From the human T2T-CHM13v2.0 reference genome, Homo sapiens, in NCBI RefSeq assembly GCF_009914755.1, contig NC_060938.1: 64,000 nucleotides of DNA; one strand, 5' to 3'. The notes beneath the pieces are model-generated. The model saw nothing but the letters and a program-made list of their open reading frames with translations, was not told the DNA's origin and did not search any database. The number at the start of each line of letters is the position of its first letter. Within the stretch, counting starts at the first letter, position 1. Position numbers and translations under genes: made by a program. Positions 56,824 to 64,000 of this stretch are shown here, piece after piece.

Positions 56824-57177
56824 TGGTATTAGCTATTGCCAGAATTATGCTCTATTTATACATCATGCATTGAATTGCTCTGCTCTAAGCTGCAGGCTGG
56901 CTGGATGGCTATGCTTCATGGTTTTCTGGAACCAGTAATGAAGTAGCTCCTATGTGGGGTATGTTCTCATAATAGTCATGGAAGCACAAGCAGGCAATCC
57001 CAAACACTTCTCCTGTGGTTTCCTAACATACCATTGAACAGAGCATATCACAAAGCTGAGGCCAATGTCAAGTATACAGAGAAGTATATTCTGCCTACCA
57101 AGAGGCCGTGGAAACCATATGGATGTATCATTCTATAAAAGAGTGCAAAATCAAGCTCAATAATTCAATACACTGCA
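56824..57177 (-). mobile_element. Old MaLR LTR (MLT1H/I-like)
   Basis: gtattagctattgcc...cctaacataccattgaacagagcatatcacaaagctgaggccaatgtcaag. Confidence 0.6.
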
Positions 57178-58154
57178 GAGCTCACCTTCCTGCTTGAATT
57201 GCAGAGCTAAAAGAAAATATTGGTTCTGCTGAGCTTATTATGGACTTGCAGGCTATCTATTGTCAGAAAAGACAAACATTGTAAACCAACAGGTTTCCCT
57301 GGTTAAGACAAAAAGATTTTCTTATTTGCTGGAAAACTGAGTGTACATCCAGGATCCATGTACATTATTCTTTTCATCACAGAAATCTAGCAATTCCTAA
57401 GTACTTTTTCTTTTTTAAATAGAGGAGTTCTATTTTATTCCTACTTGTCTGGTTCTGAATACTGTTTTAAATTACGAGTTATTTCAAGTTCTCTTGGAAG
57501 TAGGCAGGACGTCTGAAACAAATACATTTTGATGTGTTGGTGAGAGAAATTGCTGAGCATTTTAATATGTAGCAAAGTAGCAAATCAAATATATATCAAT
57601 TTCAAAAAATTCCTATAGGCAAATGTTAGGATGAGAGAGTCATGGATATGCAGCTTTTCCTAGAGAACTACAACAGTATCTCTGTTTTATCTGAGTGTAA
57701 TGCATTATATTTTTTCTCATTTCCCCAGAAGTGTCATGAAAACTGCCTTAATTTTTGTGGGGATAAAAAGAGAAAGAAGAAGAAAATGTTGCTTAATTAT
57801 CTATTCATTTTTACCAGAAAGCGTTTGGTTTTGTCTCATCCCAAGGTATCCAGAGATGATAGGTCAGTTTGATCCTACCAATATTATTAGGAAATGTGTA
57901 TTGTTCTGTTTTCCCTAATAAACAGAAATAATGGCGTTACAACATAGTTTTGTTCTAACATAAAAAGGCTTGTGTAAACTCTAGCAGCTTTCCAATATTA
58001 ATTGATAATGAGATTTTTTCCCTTCTACCTCAAAATCAAATTCAGGATAGAAGTAAAAAGGACACTATATTGAAATTCAGATTTATGAATTAATTTCTTT
58101 GGTGAAATCTCTTGATGAATCACCCCAAGTTGAGTACTAGGATTTTTAATGTAT

Positions 58155-58790
58155 TTATTTATTTAACAAACATTTACTGAGAGCCTATCGTATGCCAGAT
58201 ACTGTTCTGGCAGCTGAGATACAACTGAGATAAAAAATTAACCAAGACATATAAAGTTCTTACTCTCCTTTTTTGTGTGACACATTCTCCTTTATTGTGA
58301 GATTATCGGGTATTCAGAAGCACTATGATAAAAATGAAATATTGAAATATAATACATTAAAAAAACATAGTGATACAATATGATAAAAAGTAAAATATAG
58401 TAACACAATTGGGATTGACTGAGACTCTAATTAAGTACTATGGAGAGTACTTAATTACTCTCCATCAACAGAGAAACTAGAATCTGAAGAAAGAATTCCA
58501 GGTAGAACAATGGCTACTACAATGCCCCCAAGGCAGTACAGTGAACCGTCATGCTGAAGGAAAAGAAAACCACCAAAATGGGTGGGATGTAGAGAGCAAG
58601 ATACAAAATGGTAGGCAGGAGCCAGTTATGGGTTCTTACAAGCCAGGTTAGGATTCCGGATTTGGCATATATACAATGAGGATGCACTGAAGATGCCTGA
58701 GCCAGGGTGCAACTGGATCTAATATGCATTCTTGAAAGATTACTCAGGCTGCTGTGTATGAAGTGGACCCAGGGTAAGGTCAAATGTGGA
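58155..58790 (-). mobile_element. L2 remnant
   Basis: atttaacaaacatttactgagagcctatcgtatgccagatactgttct...gaaagattactcaggctgctgtgt. Confidence 0.8.
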
Positions 58791-59544
58791 AGTTATGGCC
58801 CTGATTAGTCAGCCAGGAAAGATTATGAGGCTTAGGTTTGTAGCACACTCGGTTAGATTCAAAGAATTTAAATAATCCACTCTAGGATTTGAAAGTGGCA
58901 AACAAATGATAAGACTGGGTATCACAGGCAAGTAAAATAAGGGAGATGATCTCTATTACATTTTTTCACATCTAAGTAAAATATGCCTTTCCCAAAAATT
59001 GTTTTAAAAGTAAATATTTTAACATACAATGGCATTTACATTTCATACTATACAATGCATATGAGCATTAAGAGAGGAAACTCAGTCTAGAGAATAGTAA
59101 AAATGTGGACTAAGGAAAAGGTCTTTCCTTACTTTCTTCTCATTTTACTTCAATTTACTCTTAATGCTAGAAAACTTCCCTTCTCGAGCTAAAGAAACAC
59201 ACTAGCTATTGTAAGTATCAAAGTTAAATGAACTTTTTTATTCATATAATCCATTTGAGATAGTACTAATCATATCTAATCTAGTGTAGTAACTTCCAGT
59301 TTTCCTGGGAGTTATTCCTGCTTATTTCATTTCATGAGAGTTCAAAATGTACTCTAGTGAATCAAGTTATTGTTAATCAAACCTTGGTTTAATAATAGCA
59401 ATGTGTCATCATTAAGAGCTGGTGGATTCCAGTTAATCCTTCCCAAGGAAATGAAGAAATAATGAATTACAGTGCATTCTTCCCAAGAAAAAATATTACT
59501 GTTCATGTTAACTCTATCTCTGTTGCTCTTAAAGTATAAGAATT

Positions 59545-59757
59545 GAATGGAAATCTTTCTCCACTGTCGTCTTTAGGGACTATGTGAGATTTTCCTGTGT
59601 GTGGTCATATAAAATATTTTCTGCTACTACATAGAGAATGAAGTAAAAAATATTTCCACCAAGAACTGTGAAAGAGAAACAATGAGTGTGAACAAACAAG
59701 AAATTTACGAGAAATTCAAGTAGTGAATGTAGCCATGAACCTGCATTCAAATAGGAT
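59545..59757 (+). repeat. Composite direct copy of 60281-60321 and about 61803-61962
   Basis: Alignment by eye: 39/41 identity to the first donor and high colinear identity to the second. Confidence 0.9.
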
Positions 59758-59759
59758 CC

Positions 59760-60270
59760 TGTCATTAGAGTTGAGTGGTCAGCTGTTTCATGCCTGAGCC
59801 CTTTTGTGGTGAATCTGTTTCTCTTCCTCCTCCTACTCTGCTTTGTTTTGTAGGAAGGTTGAGTTCCACGGGCCTGTCAACGTGCTTTCAAGTAGATTGG
59901 TCAATAAAAGGTACCAATGGGAGGCTGGAATTTGGGAGAATAGGGAAACCTGGCATTTCTTCCTCTCCTGTGGGCATTTTCAAGAGCATGGACAACACTG
60001 TCATAGTTCTAGATTCTGCCACGGCATATCCTGCCACGGCTGCAGCCCTGCCAGGTAAGCTGAGGCCCAGAACCCCACCAATGCTGCCTATGATTTTTTG
60101 TTCCTCCAGTCTGGTGCTGCTGATTTCTGAGCTACCTACTGTCTTCTCGTTGTTTCCCCCTCCCCGCTTTTCTGTTATATATACACAGAATCACTGCTGG
60201 TTGGTTTGTTAGAACTTGGCCAATACATGACTCGTTATCTTAGTTGGTTTGGATTCTTCCTCTCTCTCTC
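59760..60270 (+). mobile_element. ERVL LTR (LTR33-like)
   Basis: gattggtcaataaaaggtaccaatgggaggctgga...gggaaacctggcatttcttcc. Confidence 0.55.
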
Positions 60271-60624
60271 TCTCTGTTCAGAATGGAAATCTTTTTCCAC
60301 TGTTGTCTTTAGGGACTATGTAGGGGATATAAATATTAATCTGGTATTGATAAACTAGGGTTGTGCTTAATCCATGTTCTGCCTCTGACTGCACTGTCAT
60401 CTCTCTAAGAAAAATAGAAATATCTGATGTAGTTTGTTTAAATTTGTGTCGGGGTATACTTTTCAAATTATATAACCTGAATGACAGAAAGTTTATCAGA
60501 TTACAGACAAAAAGAACTTTTCTCTTCCCTAACATGATGACTACCCCTGGTAGGAACTCAATTTAAATTGGTGTTACCTGGATCTAGTTTTGCCAGTTTT
60601 ATCTGTGGTACTCCAACTCTTCAG

Positions 60625-61845
60625 CTCATTCATTCATTCACCTGAGATTTCTTCAGCCCAACGCAATGCTATAGGTGTAATGGTGATTAAAAGCTGACGA
60701 TCTTTGCTCTCTGAGGCCTGCTTTCCAGTTGTGGTAATCGACCAATAAAATAACTGCCTGGTAAATGTACATTGACAACTTCTCAAAGTGCTGGGAAGGA
60801 GAGTGAATGATTACATGGCAATATAATGTGGAGATTCAAATTTTTAAGTTTCAATTTAACAATATCTCCTTCCTGAGGTTCTAACCCTGATATCTCATCT
60901 GTAGAATGGACAGAAGCTAAGCATATGAAGAAGTCAAGAGAATATTTCATTCAAAACAAACAAACACCTCTGTGGCTAAGAGGAGAATGACAGAAAGATG
61001 ACTGGAGTGGCTCTAGAAGAGAGAGGGAAGAGGTCAAGGTGCTGTAAGGGCCAGACTTTTCTTCTAATTACAGGATGCCCTATCAGTCTCTCCTGCTACA
61101 GAACAAACTAGCATATATTTAGCAACTTTAAACAGTGACTATTTATTAGCTCACAGACTTTCAAGTCAGAAGTCTGGTGGGCTTAGCTGGGTGCTCTGCT
61201 TAGAGTCTCACTAAGTAGGAATCAGTGTCAGATAGTCTACATTTCTTACCAGGGGCTCTGGAAGATAATCTGCTTCCAGGATCATTAAGGTTCCCAGCAG
61301 AATTCAGTTCCTTACAGCTAAAGGATGGAGGTCCCATTTCTTGTTGGCTGTCAGCTGGATGTTGGTCTTTGCTCCTAGAGGTCATCTGCAACTCTTCTCA
61401 TTTTTTCCACCCCACCTTTCAGAAACCATGGGTTAAGGCCCTGTCATGCTTTGAAACTCCCCAGCTTTTCTCTGAGCTCCATCTCTCTGAGGTTTCTGCC
61501 ATCTTCTTTTGCTTTTAAGGGCTCATGTGGTAACAGTGGGCCCACCTGGATAATCCACGCTACTGTTTCTATCTTAAAGTCAGCTGATGAGCAACATTAA
61601 CTACATCTGCAAAGTCCCCTGCAGAGGTGCCTAGTCAATGTTCCACTGAGAATCAGAAGATGGAAACTTGTGAGGTAAAGGGGAGGGGATGTTTAAAACT
61701 CTGTCTAGTATGATCATATTAAGAAAGACTTACTTCGTTGTAAGATGTTTGTTGTGCCATTGAAGAATTTTAAACACAGTAGTGGTAATATATGTCTTGG
61801 TAGTGTGTCACTAAAATATTTTTTGCTACTACTTAGAGAATGAAA
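60625..61845 (-). mobile_element. L2 remnant split by an MLT1E LTR
   Basis: tcattcattcattca...tgctgggaaggaga...; resumes at gccattgaagaattttaaacacagtagtg. Confidence 0.6.
61076..61712 (-). mobile_element. MLT1E-like LTR
   Basis: atttattagctcacag...ggggctctggaagataatctgcttccagg...gcagaattcagttcctt...ttaactacatctgcaaagtccc. Confidence 0.85.
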
Positions 61846-62754
61846 TAAAAAAAAGTATTTCTATCAAGAACTGTGAAAGAGAAACAATGTGTGTGAACAA
61901 TCAAAAAATTTATGAGAAATTCAAGTAGTGAATCCAGCTGTGGACCTACATCCAAAAAGAATGGATTTGAAAGAAAACAAATGTTCTTGCCCCAGGGAAA
62001 TTAGCTATAACAGAGAAAGTTGAATAAGCAAGAAAAATAAAACAGTGAGGAGGTTGAAGCAACATCTATTGTCAACATTGTTTACTAAGGAGTTCACTAA
62101 GGAGATGAAAGATATTCTACGAATGAAAGGGTCAAATATGTAGGAAGTTAAAATGTGGAAACTTTGAAATCAATGTATCTATTTCTAAATAAATATTAGA
62201 CCTATACATTACAAAAGTTTTGTTTTACATTAAGATTATGTTTCTAATGTAGGACGTAGTGGAATTAGCATCCCAGTAGGAACTGAACTTATCTGTAGCC
62301 CCTGAAAATATGTCAAAAATCAAGCCCAGAGAATTGTACTATGCAACAGCTTTTCAGGAGACACATTGTAGGTCGACTGTCTCTATGAGGCATATTATAT
62401 GAAACTGTGTGTAAATTATACACCCCAAGGTCTAGCTGGCAAATCCAAATCATGCCAGTATATAATGCTGAGCAGGAGTGGACATCACTGCACATTTTGT
62501 ACATGGGGTAAAAATAAAGATAAGCACAGAGAATTTCCTCTGTCTTGTATATGAGATCTTCGGTAACTAAGAATTCAGGTTAGAAATCAGTACTCATAAT
62601 AAGTGCTCACATAATACCTTTTTATTTACTATGAGTGCTAGGCACTTGAAATAACTATCACTGCTCTCCTCCAGGTTTCTTGTAGAATAGGTCAAACACA
62701 AGTTCAAAGAAGATGTAGAAGGAAATGTGATAGCATATATAGCTGGGAATATTA

Positions 62755-62804
62755 TATCTTATACATATATATTATATATATATATATATATACGCACACA
62801 CACA
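62755..62804. repeat. (TA)n/(CA)n microsatellite
   Basis: Direct reading. Confidence 0.8.
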
Positions 62805-63389
62805 TGGCTGGGGATTATGTATTTTATATATATTCTAACTCTGTTTAGCCCTCTCTAGCACAGTTATTAGTTTTTTTATGACACAGTTTATTTCTCACAG
62901 TGGTCAAACCATTTTTAAGACTTCCAAAATGAAGATAGTTTTATCAGGAATAGCCAGTTTAATTTAATCTCCAATGCAAGTTCAGAGCACAATTCCAGTA
63001 AGTCTTTACTCAGAAAGATCACCAAATTTCAGTCTTTATGAAAACGAATTTACTATCTAAAAAGGTATTTGTGTCCTAAATCAAAATAATTTTTGTGGCC
63101 TTTTCTGGGGTAATTTTCCAGAATACCTACAGAGACCTTATAACTTTGACTACTTAGAATTGCGTTCCATTTTTAATGACCAAGCAATTCTTTTTTTTCT
63201 TTTTTTTTTTTTTGTATGTGAATGACCTTGTCCCTTCTACCTGTGAAAGGCAATTTCACTTCCACATCAGAAGATAAAGTTGCCATATTATTCTTCTTTC
63301 TTACCTCAGGAGGGCAGGGAGGTGGATGTGACTTAAACTTGACCATAATGATGCTCTTGGCCAGCATTTGGATACTAATTGTTTCTAAT

Positions 63390-64000
<611 letters not shown>

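Noticed and set aside
59775-60212. Longest ORF in the track (145 aa)
   Set aside because: GTG start, lies within an LTR33-like fossil, and has no recognisable domain.

Overview
AT-rich, CpG-poor primate nuclear DNA, probably from an ape because it carries a young L1PA3/4-type 3' end. It looks intergenic or deep-intronic. I find no supportable protein-coding gene, CpG island, tRNA, rRNA or CRISPR array, and the listed ORFs are short and mostly lie in decayed repeats. A large part of the window is transposable-element fossils: Alu (J, Sx/Sz, Sp/Sq, Sc), L1 (PA, MB, MC, ME), L2, L3/CR1, MIR, MaLR LTRs (including a near-complete MST provirus and a truncated THE1), ERVL/ERV1 solo LTRs and DNA transposons (MER20, MER45B, Tigger). 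The most notable item is a 5'-truncated U6atac minor-spliceosome snRNA retrocopy fused through TTTT to a full-length AluS (29673-30066), which looks like an snRNA-Alu retrotransposition chimera. Several template-switch or templated-insertion scars are also visible: a two-donor composite duplication, a triple fold-back, an in-place 18-nt inverted copy, and older repeats sitting inside a younger L1. Splice-signal candidates are weak. Repeat subfamily names come from remembered consensus sequences, not a RepeatMasker run. Boundaries without a target-site duplication (TSD) are approximate. MaLR strand follows the consensus orientation (TGATATGG... = +).
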